DNA of 64,000 bases from Octopus vulgaris. Lineage: Eukaryota. The stretch's first letter is position 1. Every line of letters begins with the position of its first letter. Positions 26,160 through 40,956 of the stretch are shown here, piece by piece. The DNA lies in assembly GCA_951406725.2 (NCBI GenBank), contig OX597820.1:84258001-84322000 (forward strand), in the 5' to 3' direction. The notes below the pieces were generated by a model. It did no database searches. It saw only the letters and a list, made by a program, of their open reading frames with translations, and was not told the DNA's origin. A program made the position numbers and the translations under genes.

Positions 26160-26435
26160 TTCGTGTGGCATCGTCCGTTTTTCTGTCCCTATTTCGTATA
26201 CATTCGATCCTTCTTCCAAGAAATCTAATGCTCGTAGCTTAGTTTTTCTAATGCTCGTAGCTTAGTTTTCCTGGGGGCTGGCCGGATCGGAGCGATCTCA
26301 AGATTAATCAGCCGAAATTGCTACGATGATCCGGTTCTTGACTGAAGATTGAGGGCTTCGAATGTCCCGTCCGTGTTTTTTGCATCGTTTTCTAAGTGTT
26401 TTGCGTTCTTGTCCCAGTTTGTATTTATCTACATA
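26160..26435 (+). mobile_element. Probable short interspersed element inside microsatellite, with internal ~23-bp tandem duplication
   Basis: GC-richer insert between (TA)n and (TAA)n; ctaatgctcgtagcttagtttt occurs twice; GAAA at 26314 and CTGAAGA at 26342. Confidence 0.4.
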
Positions 26436-26454
26436 TAATAATAATAATAATAAT

Positions 26455-26494
<40 letters not shown>

Positions 26495-26619
26495 CCATAC
26501 ACGCATAAGTATGTATGTACGTAATTGCCTGTGTGAATCAATCTATCTGTAAGTGAGTATGGATGATATAGTTTTACGCTTATGACGGCATGTGTTTTTT
26601 ATCTTTACACCATTAATTA

Positions 26620-26950
<331 letters not shown>

Positions 26951-28170
26951 TTCATGCATTGATGCATTTACTAGAAACGGAAGGAAATATGAAATCGCTG
27001 ATGTGTGGTAGTCTAGAGTAATAGCCTCATTTAAATATAGCATTACAACAATATCGTTAGGAAACATAATTCAAATGGAAGGAGCTGGATGTCTAAAATA
27101 TGGATCACGCTTGAAATAGAACAGATTATTGTTTTATTAATATTTTACAGGCAGAAAATGTTATCTCTAATCTGTTCGCTACTAAGAAAAAAAAATTTAA
27201 GCAGCGATCACACAGGCTATTTTAGTTTGGAAAAGACTATCAATTATATATCTGTTCATCTAGTCCTTTATACCGTATATCCTGAGTGTATATAAATCAT
27301 GTTTATACACTATGGGAATAAAATGAGAATTTTTAGTTTCCGTATATTTATTATTGCTTTTACAAGTATGGATGGCATCAGTGCGGATTCGACGTTATTG
27401 TTATTTTCTCTCTCTGAATCACACGAAATTAACAGGAAAAAATTCATCAAGATTGCAAATACAAGAGACTTGATATTCGTACAACCGCTCTTTGATTTTT
27501 ACCAGCTTAGAAATATACCGCAAGAACTCTTGCGCCGTAACATATTTTAACAAGTTATACTACTGCTGTGTCAAACGAAGTACAATGTTATAAATAAATA
27601 AATCAATGCAATTTCTCACGATTTTGAATAGGAAAATTAGCGGAAATACGTCATGTAATAATTGCACACTAATATGTGAATCACTTCTTTCAATGAACAT
27701 GGGCTATACTAGTAAAAACGAACATACATAGCATGTCCCTCATTAGGATAAGACACACAGCACTTGAAATATAGGAATAAAATGTGTTCATACTTGATTG
27801 CAAATTGTTTATAGTATTTTCGTGATATGACATTAGATTATTGTATTAGAAACCAACAAAATGTAAATCATGTGCACGAAATATTGATGAAAATAGTAAA
27901 CATACCAAGTTGAACACAAAGGACTAAACTGGAAATGCTGAAACTCATAAATATGAACGAAATTTGTCGAGTACCAGCATGAAATGCTAGTAAAAAAATA
28001 ATAGTGGAGAAGAGTTTAAAGAGGAGTAGAATAAAAAATATTGCTAGATTAACTTGTCTCAGTTTTCACTTCGAGATTTTTGCATCAGCTGATCATTTTC
28101 TGAATCACTTTTGGAAGTGACACACGAAAAAAAATCGTGTTTTTATTATGCACTTCTACAAAGACAGACA

Positions 28171-28212
<42 letters not shown>

Positions 28213-28331
28213 CACACACACATACGCACATACTCCCACACATGTGCTCAAATGAAGATATATGTATATTTAGAAAACTGAAAATATATGTGTGTGCGCG
28301 CACGATATATATATATATATATTTGAAGTAA

Positions 28332-28680
28332 TTGGAGTTAGAAAGGAGTACGGTTGGACATTTTATTATTCACTATAATTGTTTCGAAGCAACGCAGTTC
28401 TCCAAGAGTATAGGTACTTGATTATGCAGGTGTGTATGCACCGTGCCCATGCAAACCGCTAATAAATTAAAACCACGACCGAAAAGATGGCCTTGATATA
28501 GATATTAAAATAACGGAAACAACACGCGTATATCGCCTAAAGGAACACAACTAGATCTGTTTATGCAAACAAACAGTTGCATAATGAAGTACCTATATTC
28601 TTGGAGAACTATGTTTCTTCAAGACAATTATAGTGAATAATAAATAAATGTTCAACCATACTCCTTCTTCCTGACTCCAA
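28332..28680. repeat. Inverted-repeat element, ~110 bp arms
   Basis: 28332-28440 pairs with 28563-28680 (agttctccaagagtataggtactt / aagtacctatattcttggagaact). Confidence 0.9.
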
Positions 28681-29141
28681 GTTTTTCAACATGGTATTCA
28701 CACACGACAAATGCCCAAATTTAGATTTGTTTGTATGTGTGTGGGCATCAAATTTATCATTTCAATGCATTGATCCTTGTGCCCTTCTTAACATATTAAG
28801 AAATTGCTTGAAAACCGCAATTTATGTCAGGGAATTTTAACTATTTCAATTCTTTCGACTTTACTTAAAGTTGGCGTAACTGGCTACGAAAATCTACGTG
28901 CCATAAATTTCTTCGGCCAATGCGAAATGTACGTAGCATTAAGAAATTTTAGATTGTTTTTGACTAGAGAAATTTTATTATTGATTATGTTGCTATATAC
29001 CGAATAAATGCGCTTCTGTCTTAGTGTTTCTATTCATTGTACCTATATATTCAATGAAATAGTAACCGATTGGTCGAATTGTTTTAGGCCTAGTAGTCAA
29101 ATCACAAAGTACCTCCTTCAAATTGAATCAATGCTGTCGGT

Positions 29142-29495
29142 CAGGTGTTCTATGCGATTTTTTTTTTTGTGGGGACCCCTTCGATTACTATATTATTCTG
29201 GTGGACTCCATAGCCAATCACAGTTTAAACTCTAGTTTTATAGAAACTTCTTTCAAACTTACTATTTCGTTTATCACACATTATCTTGTGTAGATTGATC
29301 TTAGTAAAATGTAAGAGAAAGAATCGTAGCTATTTCTTGCAAAACATACCAATGCACACAACTAAAGCAAAATATTTTTAGGGAGGCTTGTAAAACCTAT
29401 CTTGGATCCCCAATTTGCTATTTCATTGCGTGGACACACCAAAATCTTGTATGGACCCTCGGCGAGGCCAATTAGACACCCGTTGAGAAACACTG
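29142..29495. mobile_element. hAT (Charlie-like) MITE, degraded
   Basis: Ends CAGGTGTTCT... and ...GTTGAGAAACACTG resemble CAGTGGTTCTCAAC-type TIRs. The flanking 8-mers ctgtcggt/ctgtacat could be a decayed TSD. Confidence 0.6.
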
Positions 29496-30689
29496 CTGTA
29501 CATGATGTAGTTTTCTGGATACTGCATAGGTCGTTTAAGTATATGTATTATACTGTACTGAATAAATATTTTCTGAAAATATATACATATGTTACAAATT
29601 ACATACTTTATAGCGCGTTGCATGTATTCATAAAATTTTGTATTTTAAATGCTTTTCTCCATTGTCAATGTACTTATTCAATGCTTAGTTATGAAATGCT
29701 CGTATCAAACATTAAAAAAATAGTTACAAGGCTTAACAAGGTATTTCTTCTGAAGAGAAACATTAAAATGCATTATAGATCTGATACATTCTTAGAAGGA
29801 ATATTGAATAATAACCGGAAATGAGATTTTAACGCCGAAATTTATATATATAATGCTAAATATTAAACGAGGTTAATTGATTCCGAATGATAGAGTTCTC
29901 CACTACTATACATTTCAAACTTATGACTGCTAATCTCTTACTGCATTTACTCGGTCAGTTATAGGAGGCTTTAAATCATGTAGAAGTTCAGAATTTAATA
30001 TTCAAAGACCCAAGGTATATCCATTAAAACAAATACGTCAAAATATCTAATAATAATAATAATAATAATAGGAGTCGTGAAGACGCTCGGCAAGAAATGG
30101 AAGCAAATTTGAAAGAATAAGAAAAAATACAAAAAACAAAAATAATAATAATAATATTAATAATAATAATAACAATAATCATAATGATGATGATAATAAT
30201 AATGAATAAATTAATAAATGCATAGAAAATACCAATGGAAATGTGAACTACATCAGGAAAATCGAAACAAATTAATTGGCATATATTTACACTGGACCTC
30301 ACACTGAAAACATCAATACAAGATACATATTCCAAACTGTTGTCTTCATTTTTATTGAAAGATAAATTCTCGTTCGTGCTGTTTCCTTTCAATGCTTCAT
30401 AAAACCCTGTATATTCAAATGAAAAATATATAAATATGCAGTTAAATATGCGTTTCTTTTGACTGTTTTGCAGTTATTACCGCATTCGTTCTTTATGCAA
30501 TTCCCTGATATTCCATCTTTTATTGCGTCGTTATATTTACATATACATCTGAAGTTTGTTTCTCAACCACTTGGTTTAGGATCAGTCCCACTGCGTGATA
30601 TCTTGGGCAAGCTCCCTCTATTAGATATCCAGACAATGAAAGACTTGTGAGTGGCTTTAGGGGAGAGAACTGCATGAAGTTACACTACT

Positions 30690-30930
30690 ACTTTATTATC
30701 TCCACTTGTTCCTAGCTCTCCTGTGTGACCCCACTGTCCGCCATTCGCCATGACGTATCGCTAGCCACTATATATTCTTTCTGTGTCCCTTTCCGCAGGA
30801 GAGCATAGGCTCGAAATATTAAAGACTTTATTCACTTTCCGAGCGCTAAACTAATACATCTGTTTTCTTTTGTCTACACCACGTGTCTTCGTCTTTGTTT
30901 TTTTTTTCTTTTGAGAGTTCTCCCCTATGT
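30690..30930 (+). mobile_element. P1 element, second copy
   Basis: tagccacta...ctgtgtcccttt...gagcataggctcgaaa...aagact...ctaatacatctgttt aligns with 5125-5320. Confidence 0.75.
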
Positions 30931-31020
30931 ATATGTGTGTGTGTGTGTGCATCGGTCTGTGCTGTGTGTATGAATTGAGGATATCATAACATCTTTATAA
31001 TTATATACTTAAAAAATATA

Positions 31021-31300
31021 GGCGCAGGATTGGTTGTCTGGTAAGAAGCTTGCTTCCCAATCAAATGGTTCCGAGTTCAGTCCCACTGCGTTGCATTTTG
31101 AGCAAGTGTCTTCTACTACAACCTCGGGTGACCAAAGCCTTGTAAATGGATTTTATAGAAGGAAGCTGAAAGAATCCCGTCGTATATACATATATACTCA
31201 CATGTATTATGTGTGTGTGTGTTTGTGTCTTTCCTCCCACCTTAATTTCACAACCGAATTTGCTGTGTTTACGTCCGGGTAACATAGCGTTGAATCTGTG
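31021..31300 (+). mobile_element. SINE family B, 3'-truncated
   Basis: ggcgcaggattggttgtctggtaagaagcttgcttccc...gagttcagtcccactgcg. Confidence 0.85.
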
Positions 31301-31903
31301 ACCTGTTCACTGACAAAATTTCGTACACGCACACACATATACACATATACTGACATATATTTCAGGCATATGCTCAGGTTTAGTATAACTAATAACCTAC
31401 TGTAGAACTCAATAAACATGTGCTTCAGATGAGTATAGAGTAGTAATAATACTGAAGTGATGACACCGGAAAAAAACATAACATGCTACAATTACTTCTG
31501 CAATAATTTGCGATGGCGACTTAGTTAAAATTGCCGGATAACAATCTATAGCATCATCGGCGCCTAAAATATGAAGTGCACTTTATATGGGAAAAAAAAT
31601 TTTTGTAACATACAGGCGTTACGAGGAAGACATTTTCTGTTGATACCTAAAGCAAATTCTGTCAACAAGTAGAAAAAGTATGCAAATATACGCATGAATT
31701 TACTTCAGAATGAAAAAGAAAAGAGATGATGACTCACGCAGACATATAGTCACAGAGGGAGGGGAGATATATGGATACAGGCGTATACATGGCGCGCGAG
31801 CATACACAGCAAAGAGTGAAAGTGTGTATATATGTATAGACATGCACACCTATGTATGTGGTTTAGAAACATTTATACACTGACATATACCCTGGTGAAT
31901 GTT

Positions 31904-31993
<90 letters not shown>

Positions 31994-32159
31994 GCAGCTT
32001 GGAAGATGTTTGTAAGCCATTTAACAATACAAAACACCGATACATTCATTTCAACATTTAAATTTAATTTGTGTGAAAATATTTTCGTCGCGTTGAAACC
32101 GTGACCTGTTCGTTGACAAAACTTCGTATACACACACATATATATATATATATATATAT

Positions 32160-32415
32160 GTATATGTATGTCCCGCCGTGTTTATCGGGTGTGTGTTTGT
32201 GTTTTTCCTCCACACACGCTTAACAGCCGGTGTTGGCATGTTAACATTCCAGTCATTAGCGGTTCGGTAAAAGATACTAATAGAATATTTGTCACACTTG
32301 AAAAAAAAACAAATGAAAAATACGGTATTGGGGCGAATTGTTCAGCGACATATTTGGAGTCACTGCCCCAACATGGGCACAATCTAATTACTGAAACAAG
32401 AATCCAAAAGATATA
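32160..32415 (+). mobile_element. SINE family B, 3' half
   Basis: gcttaacagccggtgttggc...tagcggttcggtaaaag...ccccaacatgggcac...actgaaacaag. Confidence 0.65.
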
Positions 32416-32639
32416 AAATATATATGTATGTATGCTTTTATAACACAAGGATATTCATAATATATATGCATATATTCTATATGTATAAAGCGCCTTTGAT
32501 TTGGTGCTTTATACATATAAAGCAGGTAATTATTGATTCAGTGCTTCGGCATATGTCCCTGTGTAAATAGACGCAGAAAGATGCACGCGCTTACGTCCCA
32601 TCGCACACACATTTTTATGTGTCTGACTGTCCTTTTTCT

Positions 32640-32970
32640 TTCTGTCTCTCTCTGTAAATATCATTGTATATTTTTGCGTCTCGATTTCGGATTTGGTTTG
32701 CAAGATTCCTTATATGAGTTCGTGTGTTGAAGCATATTCTGTTGTGTGTGGGGAGAGTCATTTTCTTTTTGTGCCTTATAATGTGACACACTCATCAGTA
32801 ACATTTCCACTTATTTCTTATTTTTTGTGAGTCAAGACTATTGAAAAGGTTGCAAGAGGCAACGAAAATTTTAGGAAAATAAAAATAAGAAACAAGTGGA
32901 AATTTTTCCGGTGAGTGTGTTAAATTATAAGGCACAAAAAGAAAATGACTCTCCCAAGACACAACAGTAT
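32640..32970. repeat. Head-to-head inverted duplication of a short repeat (Penelope-like 5' inversion)
   Basis: 32745-32826 pairs with 32878-32962 (ggagagtcattttctttttgtgccttataat / attataaggcacaaaaagaaaatgactctcc). CTGATGA lies on the minus strand in the left arm. Confidence 0.8.
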
Positions 32971-33644
32971 ATCTTTGCGTTTATATACACATGCATGCCA
33001 GTCTGTCATCGTTCTAAGCATTTTGCCCGTCCTGCTAACGATTCTGCCACCTCGCCTTATAAATGCTACGTATGTATGTAAAGGTTTAATCGTGCAAAAA
33101 AACTCCAAAAGTGGTCCAAAGAATGAAATGAGATTAGATTGCCGTGTTTCTGTTCATCATCCAATTCATTGTTAATTGTAACAATCTGTCACTCATCTCC
33201 GTTTGCCACTTATCTGGCTTGTTCTTTGTTACTTTATTCTTATAAGCTATGGTTTGCTTCATCGGCCCAGTCTGTGATTAAATTGAAGAAGTATAACCTT
33301 CAGTTTGTTCATTGGCTAGATTTTTGCTGACGTCAACATATCCATGTGAAGCTTTGATTAGGCTACACACATTCCGAGCTGCTTTCCTAATGTTACTTAG
33401 CAAGACAAAAGATTCAAGCTCAATCTCAGTTGGCAATTTGTAACATATATGCGCGTATAAACACATAAACAGCCACATGCGCCCACACTCACTTGAATAC
33501 ACACCCATACACACACAAAAGTACAAAACTATAATTTGAAATCTGGACCTTATGTTTGCTTCATCGTACTACTCATCATTTGCTTGTGGTGAAGCATGCA
33601 TATTTATGCAAACACGCTTAATAGTGTGATCAGGATACGTATGG

Positions 33645-33681
<37 letters not shown>

Positions 33682-33714
33682 AGCTAGTCAGACAGACAGG
33701 CACTCAGAGAGACT

Positions 33715-33754
<40 letters not shown>

Positions 33755-34014
33755 TGAATCGTTGAGTATGCTCAAGCGAAAGATTGACGAGAGAGATTAC
33801 TTCTCAAGTATAGAATGTGTCGGCATATCACAACAAATTGCAATATAGTACAGAGAGAGTGCCTAGGGGATGATTATTATTGTCTTTGATAGAATTCATG
33901 GCAAAATGTGCAAATTGACTACCACTGCTGCCGCTACTAGAACAATAACTACTACTGCCAATGATATTATCACTACTGCTATCACTATTTATATCATTAC
34001 TTCTACTGCTGCGA

Positions 34015-34017
34015 CCG

Positions 34018-34091
<74 letters not shown>

Positions 34092-34183
34092 TTTGCTGCT
34101 ACTGTGCTGTTGCTCCAGCTACTGTTTCTACTGCTACTACTCATAATAATAACAATATAATATTAATACTACTACTAATGCTA

Positions 34184-34249
<66 letters not shown>

Positions 34250-34310
34250 TTTCTAATAATAATAATCATAATAATAAGAATAAGAATAATAATAATAATA
34301 ATGATGATGA
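34015..34310. repeat. (CTA)n/(CTG)n/(TAA)n trinucleotide repeats
   Basis: Directly visible. Confidence 0.95.
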
Positions 34311-34910
34311 TAACGCTTTGTTTTCAATCATCACAGTGTCTGTTTAATCTTTAGGGATCTTTTTTCTCTGTAGGTGTGTTCACACATGCTCATCTTTCAT
34401 TCCTCAGAGAGACAGTGAACTTTAGCAAAGCAACACAAGTCGCATGTAAATGCTACAACATAAACAGTAATCAATATTTAATGGTCATTGATCTTTCCCG
34501 GATGAGAATAATACCGTCAGGAAATAATGGTCGCTCAAATAAAAAGTGATACGTGAGAACGTTGAAATACAAAATTTTGATTCATGGATCGCGCGGTACC
34601 AAGCCTTGCTGTAATGCCAATACGCACACAACCACAGGTACACAAACACACAAATACACACACGGGCCTGCGTGCACACATATATATATCCAGTACTTTC
34701 TTGTGTGTAACACTATACGCCTGATTTAGAATACTCTCCAAGGTTTGATTAAGGTTAAACAGAGACTTCTTTCACCAGTTACCACAGTAAAAGCGAAACG
34801 GACAAAAGAACTAGTTTAAACTTACTACTCCAGCTCACATTTGCTGGCAATGTCTCCAGGCATATTTATAAACTGACGAACACACGAAACTTCAGTGGGA
34901 TGTTCTTTAA

Positions 34911-35120
34911 CTCTTTTACTTGTTTTAGTCATTTGACTGTGGCCATGCTGGAGCACCGACTTTAGTCGAGCAAATCGACCCCAGGACTTATTCTTTGTAA
35001 GCCTAGTACTTATTCTATCGGTCTCTTTTGCCGAACTGCTAAGTTACGGAGACGTAAACACACCAGTATCGGTTGTCAGGCTATGTTGGGGGGGTGGCAA
35101 ACACAGACACAGAAACATAT

Positions 35121-35151
<31 letters not shown>

Positions 35152-35322
35152 CATATATACGACGGGTTTCTTTCAGTTTCCATCTACCAAACCCCCACAC
35201 AAGGATTTGGTCGTCCCGAGGCTATAGTAGAAGACACCTGCCCAACGTGCCACATAGTGGGACTGAACCCAGAACAATGTGGTTCGTAAGCAAGCTACTT
35301 ACCACACACCCACTCTTACGCC
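34911..35322 (-). mobile_element. SINE family B, essentially full-length
   Basis: tRNA-like head, internal (TA/TG)n and tail cggtgctccagcatggccacagtcaaatgactaaaacaagtaaaagag. Confidence 0.9.
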
Positions 35323-36287
35323 TATGTTCAGATATTTATGATTAAAAAGTACCAATGATTCTGAGATATATGCACACCACCTATATAATTATATATACAC
35401 ATACAAAGAGGTATACGTATAGAAATAAATGTATATATGTATATATACCACCACACAACACGGAAATATTTCTCATCTCATATTTAAGTCTGTAAAAGGC
35501 ACAAAAATCATGCGTTATAACTGGAAGTACGAGATCATGAGGGAATATATTAGACACATGTATCTGTAGAGTGTAATTTGTTGTGGTTATAAATGCCATC
35601 GTTGATACGCAAAGATTAATTCCTAGTACAAGGTATTTGTCAAACCTTGGACAACTGGAATCCAGAACTACGTATATTTTATTGAAACAAGGGAACAAAA
35701 ACTTCATGATTAAATTCTTGACATATAACCATGTCAGGTACCATCATAAAAAACATGATATTTTCGAGGAATCCACAGGTAGGATTCATAAAACTATCCA
35801 AGCAATCAGAAATCCGGAAATAAACATATATATGGCAGCGCAAATGTATATTTTGTTGCTGTGTCGATATTTGTAGGAATGACATATATTATATCGTTAG
35901 GCTTCTACTTAATGCAATACATAATGATATGAATCCAGAGCACAAATTTTAAAAAGTGGACGTAAATCATTTAGTGAAATTGCAATTTGGAGGCTAATAC
36001 TCATACACAGTATACATATATTCTCATATTTACACCCTTCCCACATACATATAATATGCGTAAGGAAGTTTGCATGTGTTAAAATAAAATAGACAGAGGG
36101 AGAAAGACAGACAAGTAGAACAGAGGGAAGAACTGTTCATATATGAACTGACAATAAATATATTGATAACAAGGAAAACAAACTGGAAGTGTATGAGTTA
36201 AGAATAAATTAAGTGTAACAGTATAAGTATATGCTCATATTATATGTGTATGTATGTATGAATGTATGTGTTTGATCATGAGAAAAA

Positions 36288-36353
<66 letters not shown>

Positions 36354-37844
36354 CATGAATACATGCTCATATGCACATATACACTCACGTAGAAAGATCA
36401 TTGATAAAAATATAAATAAATATGTATGTGTATAAGTAAGTAAATAGAACTGAAATGTTTCAGGTCTGATATTTGCTTTCGTCAGTGTATTTAGTGACAG
36501 AGAGTAATACGATCGATATTGCTACTACACTCAACAGCGTCCATCTTTTCTGCAGAAGAATATTATTTCAGTGCACATGTAACGTGTACTGATATAAGTT
36601 GATGTTGAGTTATTTTTTAAAAGCAAGTCAACTGAGAAATTGAACGTTTTCTTTGGCATATTTACACACGCACTTAAACATATATCATGGACACTTACTC
36701 AAACGGATTGTCACTCCACAGCAAATACACTAAGCATAGATACTAATATACACTGATTCTTCATCACAAACACACACTCTTACTTACATACATACATCCA
36801 TACATACATACATACATACATACATACACACATACATATATACATGCATACATACATGCACGCTTCCATGCATACACGCAAGCACACATACAGTTCCCCA
36901 TATATAAATATATGTATGTATATATATATAGATGCACGTGTGTATGTGTGTATATGTGTGTGTGTGTTTGTGTTTGTGTGTGTATCTAAACATTTTTCAA
37001 ATTGGACATATTTATAAACGTATGCGTTGTGGAGCGAGCCTCCAGCATACACCAGCGTATTTTCATTATGCCTCGTATTTTCATTATTCATTCTGTTTTA
37101 CATGTCTATATAATGTTTTGCGTGTAAGTCACTGTGTATATAGAGTGGATATAGTTTCTTCTGCTACTAGTGTACACACAATGGTCATGCCTTGAATCTC
37201 TACTATCCTTTTCATAAGCAGCCTGCTATTCTCAAAAGAAAAGTGCAAAATTCGATGGTTCTCTTTTTCATGATAGATTTCTTACACTTATATTCGCATG
37301 GTTCTAATTTTACTTTCAAATTGTCTGTTAAAATTCTGTTGGCCATTATTTTCTTCATCCTAGTTGCTGCAGCATTGTTTCAGCTCCCGATTTTACTGCA
37401 TAGAGTGGGAAGCTTAGAGGTAAAATTCTGTTATATAGGCATTAAATTGGTAGCTTATGTTATCTAAGAACAGAGGGAGTCTATTATTGATTTTTGCTGA
37501 ATTGAAGTGATTAATTTCCCTTGAAAATATACATTTATTGTAGTTATGTAACCCCATTCATAATTCACCAGAATCTTGCCTTGGAGTTGAATCTATTGGG
37601 CAGAATTGTCTCGAAAAATATTATAGATCCAAAGCTATCACAGATTTCCACTTACAAAAATCAAATTATTTTTCTTTGATTTTTGTCAGGGTTAATTTAT
37701 TCAAAATATGCTGTGTTGTGAGCTCTTTCGAAAATGAATAGCTTCTCAACGAGAAGTTGGCAGTTTAACAAATAATAAGCTTCGCATATGTCATAATTTG
37801 AGTTGAAAACATCCGATTAACTGAGATTATCTAAGCATGTAGTA

Positions 37845-37919
<75 letters not shown>

Positions 37920-38184
37920 TGGCATGTTTGTACAAATGCAATTAAATGAAATGATTAAAATACAGACAATAATTTAATCTAGTGTTTTATTGATGTGGCC
38001 ATTCATTTACTTTTAAGTTAATTCATATGTCGTAAGTAGAAAATGATGTCCCGTAAAGGTCACATACACTAACATACACTTTTGGAATATAGAAAATCAA
38101 TGCTTTACACATTGTTGGGACGGTGCTTCAATGACACACATGATAGAGCGTCGTTAATAATAGCTTCATGCTATTCAGTTTTGT

Positions 38185-38490
38185 GAAGGCGTGTGGCTTA
38201 TTGTTTAGGACATTCTGTTCATGATCTTACGGCTCTGATTTTGAATACCGATGGTGCGTTGTGTCCTTAAACAAGACACTTTGTTGATCCAGTCCATTCA
38301 GCTGGCAAAGTTGAGATGTGTTTGCAGTTTATTTGGGCCAGGCTTACCACATTCAGTGTCACGTTGATTTTCCCAGAGAACTACATTAAGTGTACACGTG
38401 TCTATGGAATGCTGAGCCACTTGCATTTTAATTCTACGATCAGGCTGTTCCGCTGGTCAAATCAATTGAAACCCTCATCAACACAACTAT
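38185..38490 (+). mobile_element. tRNA-derived SINE with family-C 3' domain but different centre
   Basis: Head aaggcgtgtggctta..., centre gcgttgtgtccttaaacaagacactt, 3' cccagagaactacattaag...caggctgttcc shared with family C. Confidence 0.65.
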
Positions 38491-38982
38491 TCAGTTTTAA
38501 GGCACTGTACCTTCTAAGTTCATGTTCCTCTGAAACAAAGCTTGGTTTTCCTCACCTCAAGCATTCAGAAGTGAAGTGACAACCTTAGAAATTAATATCT
38601 ATATGGAGAATTAAGTTGCCTAAATTGTCGTGACTTGAATTCTTGCCACTGTCAATTTTGTATATTTCCTTAAATGGTCACTATTATCAGTTCAAGTTAC
38701 CAAATACATACCGCGACACATTTTTCGACTGCAACTTTCACACATATTTGGGGCTTTATGCTAAAGCGTAAGCTTGATATTTCAGATTATTCATTTGTAA
38801 AACAACTGGATATCAGATTATTGTCGTCACCTTATGATTATTTAGGAATTATATATATATATATATTCTTGCTATTAGTCTGATAACTTTATAACCAGTG
38901 AAATATCTAACGGCATTCAGCTGTTATTTGCTCGGTTAACTAACTCATAATACATGCATACATACATACATACATACATACA

Positions 38983-39016
<34 letters not shown>

Positions 39017-39909
39017 CATACATACATACATATATACATACATGCTTGCATGCATACATACATACATGTATACATATATGCAGATATAAACATATTGTTC
39101 CTCAATACACTTAATTATAATTATATCTATATTATTATATGTATATATTAATTTTTACCTGTATGGTTTTCTACCTACTGGTCACTGATAAGATCATTAA
39201 TTGATTTTGTCCTTAATTATACATATATGTGTGTATGTGTGTGTTTATAAAATGTATGTGTGTATGTGTGTGTGTTTGTGGGTGATTGTGGTCAACCCGT
39301 GACTCTGGGAAACTGTCACTGGTAACATAAACAGCAATGCCTATGCAAAATTGTAGCTCCAGTGAAGTTTGCACGACACATAGATCCTCTCCACGCTGCT
39401 GGCTTGATCCAGTGACAAACTGAGGAAAGATATTAATGCAAATATGGCTCGTATGTTCAGTAATGTGCGATCAACATGATCGCAGATCAAGTAAATGATA
39501 CCCAAAATTCCCAATCCAATTCCCTATCAGAATGGCTTTCTACAAGAGACATGCTTTAATAATGCAGAGAAGGGGCTCACTCTCATTTGTTTTCCTGCTC
39601 GCTGGACACAATCTCGGAGTTTTTGAGGACCCGTGATATTGTTAGATATTCATTGAACTTACAATATATTTTTCAGAGGTCCTAATTTTAATCCGGCTGG
39701 GGTTCTAGCAATGCAATAGCATAAAAGTTTGTAATGGATTCCAAGTTGCGAGCAGCAATCATATCAGAACTCACAAGTGACATGTCTACAAACAAACGTA
39801 CAAATACATATTTATGTGCATACACGCACAGACACACATATACATACACACATAGGTATAGGTAGACTGACAGACAGATAGTCAGAAAGACAGGCACACA
39901 GAGAGATAG

Positions 39910-39917
39910 GAAGATAT

Positions 39918-39952
<35 letters not shown>

Positions 39953-39953
39953 T

Positions 39954-40022
<69 letters not shown>
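39910..40022. repeat. (TAGA)n tetranucleotide repeat
   Basis: Directly visible. Confidence 0.95.
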
Positions 40023-40956
40023 GATACAACTTGTGTGAGAGCCTGTAGAATGAGAAAAGTAAATAAATAAAATTAAATAAGATGTGATTTATGTTTGAGA
40101 CTAAGAAACATACTGTGTGATCACGAACGGCAACGAAGCCAAATATAATCAATTACTCTGTACTATATCAGCAAGTATGACGTAGTTCTCATGAATATGG
40201 CTTCTGAATCTACAACAGAATCTCAAAATTTGTATACACACAATATTGAGACAAGAAAACCATATACAATCAACTTGCAATATTTGAATTTATGTGTTAA
40301 TTGTATCCGTATTCAACATCGGTTATTAATATAATGTATGATAAAGACAATTAAGTATCAGCTTGCACTAATAATTCATGATGATTTATTTAAAAGTTAA
40401 GCCTTTTTTTAAACCTCTAGATTCCAGCCTAATTACGTGTTCTATTAAATTGCAGAATACAAATCATTCCGCCAAACAGACGCTAGTCTATCAAAGATAC
40501 TCTTTATCGAGTTTCTGATAACTCTGATTTACACTATGTTTACAAATTTACGTACCGCACATGATGTACTCATTGACATAATGTGATGTGTTGCAATTGA
40601 ATGCAAATGATGATCCGTGAACTAAATTTTAAATAGCGTCTGTCGTTATGTATTTTACCAGTTTCAATGTTTGCAAGCTTTAATGTGGTTTCAGACCATA
40701 TGAATGGTCATAAAACCAATCTAACAGAAACGTTCTCTATTTCTGATTAATTTTATTTACATATCTACTTTTTGTTATTTTAAAAGTTCAGAAAGCTAAC
40801 TTATCTACTAAAATAATCAAGACGATAAATGTTTTTTTAAAGTAATCGAAGCATTAATTTAAAACAAAATTTCAGAAACCATGACTGATAACCATGTGAT
40901 TAATTTTTTGAAATATAATTAGTTTAGTGACCGAAATAGTAGAATAGCGAATACAA

